A DNA stretch of 63,201 nucleotides, from NCBI GenBank assembly GCA_028712595.1, contig JAQTPS010000002.1:1-63201 (forward strand), given 5' to 3'. Positions within the stretch are counted from its first letter, which is position 1, and each line of letters begins with the position of its first letter. The translations under genes were made by a program, and so were the position numbers. The notes under the pieces are model-generated. The model had not been told where the DNA came from. It searched no databases and worked only from the letters and a program-made list of their open reading frames with translations. Positions 55,680-63,201 of the stretch are shown here, piece by piece. This DNA comes from Minisyncoccota bacterium (GTDB lineage: Bacteria > Patescibacteriota > Minisyncoccia > Phycocordibacterales > UBA1550).

Positions 55680-56645
55680 ATGAACAAAATCAGGGTGGGC
55701 GTAATGCGTGGAGGACTTGGTGGAGAATATTATGTATCGCTCAAAACAGGAGCCAATGTTCTCGCAAACTTGCCAAGATATCGTTATGAACCGCACGACA
55801 TACTCATAACAAATATGGGCGAGTGGAACATAGACGGCATTCCCACATCTCCGTCAAAACTTATGCAACGTGTTGACGTTGTTTTTAATGCTCTTCACGG
55901 TGAGTTTGGTGAAGACGGTAAAGTGCAAACTATTCTCGAACGTCACAATGTTCCTTACACCGGCTCGGCTCCTCTCGCGTCAGCTATTGGTATGAACAAA
56001 GAGCTTGCGAAGAAATATTTTTCTTCGGTTGGCATAAAAGTGCCTCGTGGCGTTGTGGTGTCGCGAGGAGAAGAAGTGGGCGAAGTTGTGGACAAAGTTA
56101 CAGCCGAAATAAAAGCTCCCTACGTTGTGAAGCCACTTACTGGTGGATCGTCAATCGGACTTTCTTTCGTGCAAGCAGAAAAAGAACTTGTGCCTGCAAT
56201 AGAGACCGCGCTCGCGCATTCCGAAAAAGCTCTCATTGAAGAGTATGTGCACGGGCGTGAAATTACTGTCGGAGTTATTGATTCGGGGAATGATGAAATT
56301 GCGTATGTGACACCACCGATGGAAGTGCTCCTTTCTTCTGGAGTTCTTTTTGATTACAACAAAAAATACCGCGACGCTAAACATCCAGTAGGTCCTGCTC
56401 GTATGAACGAAGCGGAGCGCAAATCAATCGAGGAAGTAGCGCTTCTTGCGCACAAAAAACTTGGAATCCGCCACTATGCAGAATATGATTTTATCTTGAC
56501 CGAGAATGGTCCATACCTACTCGAAGTCAATACGCTTCCAGCCCTTACAGAAACTTCGTTACTCAAGAAATCTCTTGACTTGCATGGTTTGTCATTCCCG
56601 GATTTTCTTGATTACGTGTTGACACTTGCATTACGGAAAAAATAA
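55680..56645 (+). CDS. ddl: D-alanine--D-alanine ligase
   Basis: ORF 55665..56645, ATG at 55680. FNALHGEFGEDGKVQ, VVKPLTGGSSIG, and EVNTLPALT. Confidence 0.92.
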   Translation: MNKIRVGVMRGGLGGEYYVSLKTGANVLANLPRYRYEPHDILITNMGEWNIDGIPTSPSKLMQRVDVVFNALHGEFGEDGKVQTILERHNVPYTGSAPLASAIGMNKELAKKYFSSVGIKVPRGVVVSRGEEVGEVVDKVTAEIKAPYVVKPLTGGSSIGLSFVQAEKELVPAIETALAHSEKALIEEYVHGREITVGVIDSGNDEIAYVTPPMEVLLSSGVLFDYNKKYRDAKHPVGPARMNEAERKSIEEVALLAHKKLGIRHYAEYDFILTENGPYLLEVNTLPALTETSLLKKSLDLHGLSFPDFLDYVLTLALRKK

Positions 56646-56683
56646 GGTAGAATATCGAAACAAGGGCTAAATACCCTTTAGTT

Positions 56684-56757
56684 GGGCCCGTAGCTCATTT
56701 GGCTAGAGCGCCTGTTTTGCACTCAGGAGGTAAGGAGTTCGACTCTCCTCGGGTCCA
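56684..56757 (+). tRNA. tRNA-Ala (anticodon TGC), G3:U70 present, no encoded CCA
   Basis: GGGCCCG/CGGGTCC acceptor with G3-T70, anticodon loop TTTGCAC, AGGAG-TTCGACT-CTCCT T-arm. Confidence 0.93.
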
Positions 56758-56760
56758 CAT

Positions 56761-56802
56761 CAAACAAAAAAGCCGGAGAATCATCTCCGGCTTTTTTGTT
56801 TG
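56761..56802 (+). terminator. rho-independent terminator (19-bp perfect stem, bidirectional shape)
   Basis: caaacaaaaaagccggaga / tctccggcttttttgtttg with loop atca. Confidence 0.7.
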
Positions 56803-56812
56803 ACTATTGGTT

Positions 56813-57073
56813 CCTCGAGGAGAGTCGAATGGCGGAACGATGCCGAGCAAGCTTGCGAGGCCGTGAGCCAGTGCCCAGCCCGAGCCGAGTGGCGACGAGG
56901 CGAGAGGCGCGGGCGACTCTCCTCGGGTGGCGAGCCAGTGCCCAGAGTTTCTCGAGCGACGGCGAGAGAAAACTCGAGGGCAAGAAATAAAAGAGTACAC
57001 CACTAAAACCGTGAGCCAGTGCCCAGCCCGAGCCAAGTGGCGACGAGGCGAGAGTCGCGGGCGACTCTCCTCG
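56813..57073 (+). repeat. tRNA-linked structured module, Ala copies (one full unit 56813-56928 plus a second rearranged unit; 65-nt direct repeat 56861-56925 / 57009-57073)
   Basis: See findings. G+C-rich, and carries the same core as the Val and Leu loci. Confidence 0.6.
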
Positions 57074-57091
57074 AGCTTTCTGTTTTCCCAT

Positions 57092-57119
57092 TTGCCAATT
57101 TTCCCCATTTGTTTAGTAT
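57092..57119 (+). promoter_or_regulatory. promoter, -35 TTGCCA / 16 nt / -10 TAGTAT, 8 nt before ATG 57128
   Basis: Hexamers read directly. Confidence 0.4.
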
Positions 57120-57127
57120 CTATACTA

Positions 57128-58021
57128 ATGACCCCCAAACTCCTCGTAATCCTCGGCCCAACCGCCTCAGGCAAAAGCGACCTTGCTGTGGAAATAGCAA
57201 AGCTCGTTAACGGTGAAGTCGTTAGCGCCGATTCTCGTCAGGTATACAAAAAACTTGACCTAGGAACTGGAAAAATAACAAAGCGTGAAATGCGTGGCGT
57301 TCCCCACCACCTACTCGATGTCACCAACGCGAAAAAAAGATTTTCAGTAGCAGAGTATCAACTCCTAGCAACAAAAGTAATCACAGCTATTATAAAACGC
57401 GGAAAAATCCCAATCCTCTGCGGAGGCACAGGTTTTTATATTGAATCAATCGTAAAAGGAACAGTTATTCCTGAAGTTATCGAGAACAAATCTCTCCGCA
57501 AAAAGCTTGCCGGAAAAAGCGCCAAGGAACTTTTCGGAATTTTATCAAAGCTAGACCCAAAACGAGCTGAAGAAATTGATGCAAAAAATCCTGTGCGTTT
57601 GATCCGCGCGATTGAAATTGCAAAAGAGCTTGGGGCTGTTCCACGCCTCGCAAAAGAATCTTCCAATTATGAGATTTTGCAGATAGGTATTGCGGTTGAC
57701 CGCGAAACCCTGCTTAAAAGGATTACTGCTCGTCTCCACAAACGACTAAAGCTCGGAATGATTGCCGAATCAAAGCAACTTCACAAAGAAGGGCTATCGT
57801 GGAAACGAATGCACGAGCTTGGACTTGAATATCGCTATATGTCAGAATTTTTGACAAACAAAATTACAAAAAGCGAACTTGAACAGGAAGTAATAAAAGG
57901 AAGTATGGATTATGCGAAGCGTCAGATGACATGGTGGAAGAGAGACAAAAGTATAAAATGGTTTCCGCTTGAACAAAAACCGAAAATATTGAAAGAGGTC
58001 AAAAAATTCCTTAATCTTTAA
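57128..58021 (+). CDS. miaA: tRNA dimethylallyltransferase
   Basis: ILGPTASGKSDLAVEIA (P-loop) and VSADSRQVYKKLDLGTGK. The ORF-track start 56927 runs through the repeat region and is not credible. Confidence 0.92.
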   Translation: MTPKLLVILGPTASGKSDLAVEIAKLVNGEVVSADSRQVYKKLDLGTGKITKREMRGVPHHLLDVTNAKKRFSVAEYQLLATKVITAIIKRGKIPILCGGTGFYIESIVKGTVIPEVIENKSLRKKLAGKSAKELFGILSKLDPKRAEEIDAKNPVRLIRAIEIAKELGAVPRLAKESSNYEILQIGIAVDRETLLKRITARLHKRLKLGMIAESKQLHKEGLSWKRMHELGLEYRYMSEFLTNKITKSELEQEVIKGSMDYAKRQMTWWKRDKSIKWFPLEQKPKILKEVKKFLNL

Positions 58022-58240
58022 ACTAAAATAAAAAAAGGACCCACCTTGTGATTTGGCTTGCACAAATCAGTTAGGTGGGGTCCAGGTGCGGGTTTTTCGC
58101 ACTGAGCTTTCGCTCTAAATTCTAGGGGATTCTTAGCTATTTATAGCTCTTTTAAGAGATATTCCTCATGAGGATTTAGCAAGCGTTTTCTTCATGACGA
58201 CATCTCTCTAAGGGGCACAATACAATATGTAAATAATTTG

Positions 58241-58867
58241 TCAAGTTCTAAGGTCAGTTTTCTTCCAATCCACAAGAGCGCCGGCCTTTCGTTCAAGCAA
58301 ACTAGCTTTGCGAATAAATCTTTCATTCCCTTTCGGCACGAATCGAATATATGGCGTATCAAATATTTTTTCAGCAATATCCCAAAGGTCTTCCTCTTCT
58401 GTTGCCCACTTCGTTCCAAACTTTTTTAGATTTATTGGCCGAGAATATCCAAGCAAAGTTTTTTTGCCGTTCGAATTCAAAAAATACTCGTGGAAATACG
58501 AAAGGGCAAGTTCGCGTGTTGTTTTGTAAATCGGGTCACGGAATCGTAGCACAGCGTGGTTAGTTTTACTTATCGCTCCCCAATATCCATTTTGTTTAAA
58601 CAAGATGACAATGTGGTCCTTGTCCCCTTCCATGACTTTTAAATTAAGGATGAGAGGTTTTTTGTTTTGAAGCATCAGTGCAACAGAGGCCAAGAACGCG
58701 CCCTCAATGCAGTGGGCTTTCCGCTCTCGCAATACTCGCCGTGGCGACATGCATGTCACATCTCTTTTTTCATAATTAATCGGAAGTGCATCCAAAAAAT
58801 CTTGAATCTTTGCGGGAGTGTTTAATCTCTTTAACGTTGTGAGCTCTTTTGAGTTAAGTCCAAACAT
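58241..58867 (-). CDS. hypothetical protein, possibly transglutaminase-like Cys-protease fold
   Basis: KAHCIEGAFLA ... DHIVILF ... spacing resembles a Cys-His-Asp triad. Weak assignment. Confidence 0.45.
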   Translation of the reverse strand: MFGLNSKELTTLKRLNTPAKIQDFLDALPINYEKRDVTCMSPRRVLRERKAHCIEGAFLASVALMLQNKKPLILNLKVMEGDKDHIVILFKQNGYWGAISKTNHAVLRFRDPIYKTTRELALSYFHEYFLNSNGKKTLLGYSRPINLKKFGTKWATEEEDLWDIAEKIFDTPYIRFVPKGNERFIRKASLLERKAGALVDWKKTDLRT

Positions 58868-58876
58868 ATTTTTATG

Positions 58877-60010
58877 TTATTGGTACTGTATATATATCGG
58901 TCGTGGAATCAACCGGAGCAAATCATTCGGAGTCATTAGTGTAGTTCCGGGAGTCAAAACATCGTTCTTGTAAAACAACTTGAAGCCCGTGAACTGAACA
59001 GGGTCCTGGTAGATAAAAGCTTCGTATGTATCAAGCTTGCGTTCTTTGCCTCCCCATCCGTCCATATCCATCACAATCTGCACCTCTGGCAGTGGTTTTA
59101 TTTTACGATAATTTGTGACCATCGCTTCTGTATAACGGTGAACAACAAATATTTTAGGGGTAAGATTATTTTGCTTTACAATGTCGGCTAAATAATTTGC
59201 CACAAAGTTTATGTCTTCAGCGTCAAAGGTTCCAACAACTGTTCCCGGTTTTGCGCCTGTCTTCATAGAAAATTCCGGATCAATACCGAGGTGCACGTTG
59301 GGCATTTTAAGATATTTCTCTAAAAGCGGAATTTCGGTTTGTACGTTGCTTAGTCCAACCTGCACGTCCAAAAAAACAATAGCATTTATTTTTGAAGCCA
59401 TTGCCAAAACTTTGTCTATCTGCGAGTCGGGCATACGAAGTCGGTACTTGCCGTCTTCCCCTTTACTCATTTGAGCAGTTACCGCAATGTAGTGTAGGGC
59501 TGGGATTGCGGGAGTTTCTGGGTCGGCAGTATTCCATTTTTCCACTTCCGCTTGAAGCTTTGCTAGCATCTCGTCTTCTGGGTATTCGCCCAAAACCCCC
59601 ATTCTTGTGGAATAAAGGTTGCCATAGTAAGCAACTATTCGGTTGAACGGAAGTAACGCTCCAGCGTTTGGATAAACTGTTTTTGCTGGCCAGAGACGGG
59701 GTTTCGTAGACGTAGCGGTGGTAGAAGTAGCGGTTGGTTCCGTGCTCGTCGAAACCTTGTAGTTCGCAAGTTTGTTCATCTTTAGGTCGTAGAGCGCAGT
59801 GTCGAGAACAATCTTTTTCGGCACAAAGATTTTTTTTACGATTTTTGTCCCTGCCGGAACAACTTCTTTTTTCTCTGTGAAAATATTGTTGTCAGAAAAA
59901 TTAGTGGCCACAGAAAACAAAATGTCTATAAAAGCCACGAAGCCGACAAAAAACCAGAAGTATCTATTCGTTAAGATACTTTTCCTCTTATTGCTAGAAT
60001 AATTTCCCAT
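58877..60010 (-). CDS. hypothetical membrane-anchored extracytoplasmic protein (377 aa)
   Basis: N-terminal TM segment, Thr/Ser linker, and a conserved-looking globular domain (HLGIDPEFSM...). Confidence 0.5.
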   Translation of the reverse strand: MGNYSSNKRKSILTNRYFWFFVGFVAFIDILFSVATNFSDNNIFTEKKEVVPAGTKIVKKIFVPKKIVLDTALYDLKMNKLANYKVSTSTEPTATSTTATSTKPRLWPAKTVYPNAGALLPFNRIVAYYGNLYSTRMGVLGEYPEDEMLAKLQAEVEKWNTADPETPAIPALHYIAVTAQMSKGEDGKYRLRMPDSQIDKVLAMASKINAIVFLDVQVGLSNVQTEIPLLEKYLKMPNVHLGIDPEFSMKTGAKPGTVVGTFDAEDINFVANYLADIVKQNNLTPKIFVVHRYTEAMVTNYRKIKPLPEVQIVMDMDGWGGKERKLDTYEAFIYQDPVQFTGFKLFYKNDVLTPGTTLMTPNDLLRLIPRPIYIQYQ

Positions 60011-60092
60011 TTATAAAGAGTATACGCAAAATTTGGCTTATTAGCAAAATTTTGCGTTTGATTGGTATATATAACCTGTTATACTCCTCCCT

Positions 60093-60587
60093 ATGACACT
60101 CACAACGCACGCGATAACGGGAGCTGCCATAGCAAGTTTTTTTCCGGGGCACCCTGTACTTGCATTCTCTCTTGGATTTGGAAGCCATTTCTTGCTTGAT
60201 ACTATTCCGCACGCAGATTACAAAATTCTATCTGACTCAATAAATCCAGACATAGGGGATAAAACGAAATTTGATAAGTTATTTTTTCTTGATATTTTGA
60301 GAATAGGAACAGATTGCTTTTTGGGAATTATTCTCTCTTTAATATTATATTCGTCTCCTATTCTTTTCTGGGCTGTTCTTTGGGGCGCTATTGGTGGTAT
60401 TGTGCCGGATTTTCTTCAGTTCGTGTATACAAAGTTTCGCCATGAGCCACTTTTGAGCTTACAGCGTTTTCATCAATACATTCACACCGACATACGTTTC
60501 AAAAATAATCTCGTCTTCGGATGGACCACACAAATAGTTTTTGTTCTCGTTGTTATTTCCCTCTCGTTCTATCTTCATTCTTTTTAA
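60093..60587 (+). CDS. YdjM-like (DUF457) membrane-bound metal-dependent hydrolase
   Basis: MTLTTHAITGAAIA...GSHFLLDTIPHADY. TATACT lies 7 nt upstream of the ATG. Confidence 0.6.
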   Translation: MTLTTHAITGAAIASFFPGHPVLAFSLGFGSHFLLDTIPHADYKILSDSINPDIGDKTKFDKLFFLDILRIGTDCFLGIILSLILYSSPILFWAVLWGAIGGIVPDFLQFVYTKFRHEPLLSLQRFHQYIHTDIRFKNNLVFGWTTQIVFVLVVISLSFYLHSF

Positions 60588-61332
60588 GGGCTCCCTCATG
60601 TTTTGTGCTCCATGCATAAAGAGCGACAGCGCTCGAAGCCGCAACGTTTAGGGATTCACATTGTGGATTTATTGGAATTGAAACCAAAATGTCGCACACA
60701 GCGCGAGTTTTTTCGCGAAGACCTTTTTCTTCGTTGCCTAAAATAAATGCTGTCGGAGTATCAAATTTTTGTTCCGTAACTGTTTCTTTTGCCTCGCCAG
60801 CAAGTCCGTAAATCCAAAAGCCAAGTTCTTTGAGGTCGCGAGCTGTGGTGTTGACGTTGCCAATAGAAACCAGAGGGACGCGAAATGCCATTCCAGCAGA
60901 AGCTTTGATGACTGCGCCGGTCACTGGCGCTTGGTTGTGCTCCGGAACAAGCACACCGGCAACTCCAAATGCTGCTGAAGAACGAATAATTGCTCCGACG
61001 TTTTGTGGGTCTTGAAGTTCTCCCAAAATGACAAGGACCGTATCTCCGTTAACGTTCAATGTCTCTATAAAATCTCTGTACGGGATTACAAGATTTTCAA
61101 CAGACATTTGTCCAATGACGCCCTGATGCACAGCCAATTTATCCATACCCGGAAGAACTTCATTCATTCCCAATGTAAACGTTGGAATGCCTTTTGCCTG
61201 CAACATATCGCGAAGCGAGTCATCGTTAACTTCTTTTTCTATAAAAACTTTTTTTATGCTTTTTGGCGCGTAAGAAAGCGCCTCCAAGAGGACTTTTTTG
61301 CCATAAATATAGATTTTTTCTTGGTTTGCCAT
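60553..61332 (-). CDS. rlmB: SpoU/TrmH-family RNA 2'-O-methyltransferase (RlmB-like)
   Basis: N-terminal L30e-like substrate domain, then QDPQNVGAIIRSSAAFG, LGNEEKGL, and IPINPQCESLNVAAS. Confidence 0.85.
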   Translation of the reverse strand: MANQEKIYIYGKKVLLEALSYAPKSIKKVFIEKEVNDDSLRDMLQAKGIPTFTLGMNEVLPGMDKLAVHQGVIGQMSVENLVIPYRDFIETLNVNGDTVLVILGELQDPQNVGAIIRSSAAFGVAGVLVPEHNQAPVTGAVIKASAGMAFRVPLVSIGNVNTTARDLKELGFWIYGLAGEAKETVTEQKFDTPTAFILGNEEKGLREKTRAVCDILVSIPINPQCESLNVAASSAVALYAWSTKHEGALKKNEDRTRGK

Positions 61333-61399
61333 AAGTATTAATCAGTATACATAAAATCCTAAAAAATCATAAAATGAAAATCTGCGTGTATTAAATTTT

Positions 61400-62083
61400 T
61401 TACTGATTGTTTTTATTGTCCCCCGCAATAGGAATTGTACTACCTAAATATTTTGGAACTCTTAAAAAAGCTAGGTCAAACACGGCTCGCACATTCGCAA
61501 ATAATTCTCGGAAATAATTTTTTATTGAGTAGCTCCCACTGTCAGCGCTGAAACCATAAGCTTTTATATCCAAGCTGTGAGCAATAAAAATTGCTCTAGG
61601 AAGATGAAATGATTGAGTAGCAACAATAATCGAGCTCACCAAAAAAACATCTCTTGCCCTATACATACTGCTGTATGTGTCAAAACCCGCGTGGTCCAAA
61701 AAAATGACTTCATCCGGAATACCTTATTTTAATAAATATTCCCTCACAGGGTTGACCTCGTTATGAGCAAGCGTGCTGTTGTCTCCAGAGACAAGAATCT
61801 TTGTTACTTTTCCAGAGTTATATAGAAGGGTTGCTGCATTTGCTCTGTCTCTTAGGATAGGAGAAAGTTCACCACTATACAATATCGCCGCGCCGGGAAT
61901 AAGAACTGTTTGAGCTCTTGGAATAGAATTGATGTCGCTATAGATGTAGGCTTTCGTTTTTATATTTACAATAAAAGATGTGGTTAAAATAGCCAGAACT
62001 ACTAATATGAAAATCGATAAGATCCACCAAACGAACCGCCTCAAAAGAGGAAGCGATTTGGCAAAAATAGGAAGATAGTTCAT
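61400..62083 (-). pseudogene. sanA: SanA/YdcF (DUF218) family gene with an in-frame TAA at 61724-61726
   Basis: The two ORFs (61724..62083 and 61400..61699) are in the same frame. Read-through gives ...VNPVREYLLK*GIPDEVIFLDHAGFDTYSSMYRARDVF..., one contiguous DUF218 domain. Confidence 0.72.
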
Positions 62084-62144
62084 ATCGTTTCCAAAAATGC
62101 TCTAGACCACGTCAATTTATGGAAGTAAAAGACGCTCCATTTGA

Positions 62145-62666
62145 TTATTGCACAATAATCACTCCGCTGTCACCTGTGCCGTGATTGTGGAAACCCCATG
62201 TACCAACCTTTTCAAACGTAAACGAGTAAGCATTATCCTCAGAACACTGGTCAAATGCTACGCCGGCCGTGTCGGGACAATGTTCGGAAAGTGTAGTTCC
62301 GCTGTAACCATTGTGAGCTGGGTGTGGGTCAGAAGCAACCCACATTTTTTTGCTACTCTTGTTAATAAACAAAACGGTATCCCCTTTTTTAATTGTTGTT
62401 GAAGAAGGCGAGAAACCAGAATCTGTGAGAGCAACTAGCGCTGGAAGAACCATCTTTACCGATACAGTTCCATTGCTGTCAGGGCTGACTACGACTGGTT
62501 TATTGCTCGAATCAGTAGTGGTTGCGCTGGTATCTTTAGGGGTGCCTTCTTCAGTTTTAACCGTTGGAGTAACAACCAAGTCCTCCTTTTTTGCTCCGCC
62601 GGGCAACAAATAATAACCTACCGCAAGAACCACTATCACTGCTACACCAATTAATAATTTTTTCAT
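62145..62666 (-). CDS. membrane-anchored cupredoxin-like domain protein
   Basis: ATG at 62666. TM segment and Thr/Ser linker, then SGFSPSSTTIKKGDTVLFINKS...HPAHNG...HCPD...FHNHG. Confidence 0.55.
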   Translation of the reverse strand: MKKLLIGVAVIVVLAVGYYLLPGGAKKEDLVVTPTVKTEEGTPKDTSATTTDSSNKPVVVSPDSNGTVSVKMVLPALVALTDSGFSPSSTTIKKGDTVLFINKSSKKMWVASDPHPAHNGYSGTTLSEHCPDTAGVAFDQCSEDNAYSFTFEKVGTWGFHNHGTGDSGVIIVQ

Positions 62667-62727
62667 ATTTTTAATACAATTAATTTCCAATCAAATATAT
62701 CGCAATTATATCACAACACGCGACTCG

Positions 62728-62931
62728 CTAGGATTTACTCGTGTCGGGAGTAGCCGTAGAATCGGGTTTGACCGAGCTAGGAATAAAGATAGTTGGATGC
62801 GGACTTCCTAAAAGAATTGGGTTGGGTACTACTTCCGGAGAAAGTTTTTGCTCCCCTTGAAAATATCTAATAAAAAAGACACCGACAACAAGAACGACAA
62901 TAATGATAATTAATATTTTATATTTATTCAT
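62728..62931 (-). CDS. small membrane-anchored protein (67 aa from ATG 62931)
   Basis: MNKYKILIIIIVVLVVGVFFI TM segment. Confidence 0.35.
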   Translation of the reverse strand: MNKYKILIIIIVVLVVGVFFIRYFQGEQKLSPEVVPNPILLGSPHPTIFIPSSVKPDSTATPDTSKS

Positions 62932-62944
62932 ATGACTCTCTGGA

Positions 62945-63201
62945 TTATTCGGAAGTTTTACCGTCAAAGCTTTCCTCGTCGCTTTCGGCTTCGACTTTTG
63001 TCTTGTGTATCACGCCGTCACGATGATTTGGCGGTGAATATACGGTATAAAGCTTCATCGGTTTACTTCCTGATATATTTATTATATTGTGCTTCGTCCC
63101 TGCTGGAACAACGACAGCATCTCCAGAGAGCATCGGGTGTTCTGTCCCCTCCAAAATTGATTTTCCTTGCCCTGCCTCGCACTTAATAAACTGATCGAGC
63201 T
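62945..63201 (-). CDS. cupin-domain protein, C-terminal part (the 5' end lies beyond the window end)
   Basis: The frame stays open to the window edge: ...LDQFIKCEAGQGKSILEGTEHPMLSGDAVVVPAGTKHNIINISG... Confidence 0.65.
   Translation of the reverse strand, partial: LDQFIKCEAGQGKSILEGTEHPMLSGDAVVVPAGTKHNIINISGSKPMKLYTVYSPPNHRDGVIHKTKVEAESDEESFDGKTSE

Noticed and set aside
56861-57073. A possible CRISPR array, because of the 65-nt direct repeats.
   Set aside because: There are only two copies, at 65 nt they are much longer than CRISPR repeats, there is a single 83-nt gap between them, no cas genes are present, and the repeats are part of the tRNA-linked module.
56695-57210. Several overlapping ORFs on both strands (56695..57174, 56804..57091, 56796..56990, 56800..57006, 57019..57210, and the N-terminal 67 codons of ORF 56927..58021).
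   Set aside because: They run through tRNA-Ala, its terminator and the G+C-rich repeat modules. Their Arg/Gly/Ala/Ser-rich translations just mirror the repeats on both strands. miaA has a normal P-loop N-terminus starting at ATG 57128, behind a promoter.

Overview
This is a 63.2-kb window of an AT-rich, gene-dense bacterial chromosome, transcribed almost entirely from the minus strand. By inference it looks like a Patescibacteria/CPR (Parcubacteria-like) genome. The basis is trimmed aminoacyl-tRNA synthetases, many small membrane or exported hypotheticals, TasA/SipW-type exported proteins, DUF2779, and promoters abutting start codons. Housekeeping content: tgt (partial), gdhA, aspS, trpS, dnaJ-dnaK-grpE, rpsI-rplM, rplQ-rpoA-rpsD-rpsK-rpsM-rpmJ-infA, alaS, mnmA, two mltG paralogs, leuS, ychF, ung, an M1 aminopeptidase, malic enzyme, ddl, miaA and rlmB. 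There are four tRNA genes (Val-CAC, Pro-CGG, Leu-CAA, Ala-UGC), none encoding CCA. I saw no rRNA, CRISPR, integrase or transposase. The strongest observation is a conserved structured module of about 100-150 nt with compensatory base changes, sitting immediately 3' of three different tRNA genes (Val, Leu, Ala). Each copy is bracketed by an antisense and a sense copy of its own tRNA's 3' end, giving a constant scaffold plus locus-specific tRNA-matching segments. I cannot assign it to any family I know. Other observations: tRNA-Pro(CGG) sits inside a perfect 22-bp leader-trailer helix next to a 5' half-tRNA-Pro(UGG) fragment. A SipW/TasA-like exported-protein cluster may encode a surface fibre. 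rpsD is interrupted at a T7 tract, with its C-terminus in the -1 frame. A sanA-like gene has an in-frame TAA. A DedA-PAP2-LssY fusion overlaps dgkA. AlaRS lacks the C-Ala domain and is followed by a free tRNA-binding protein. At least eight genes start 6-9 nt after a -10 box, suggesting leaderless mRNAs.
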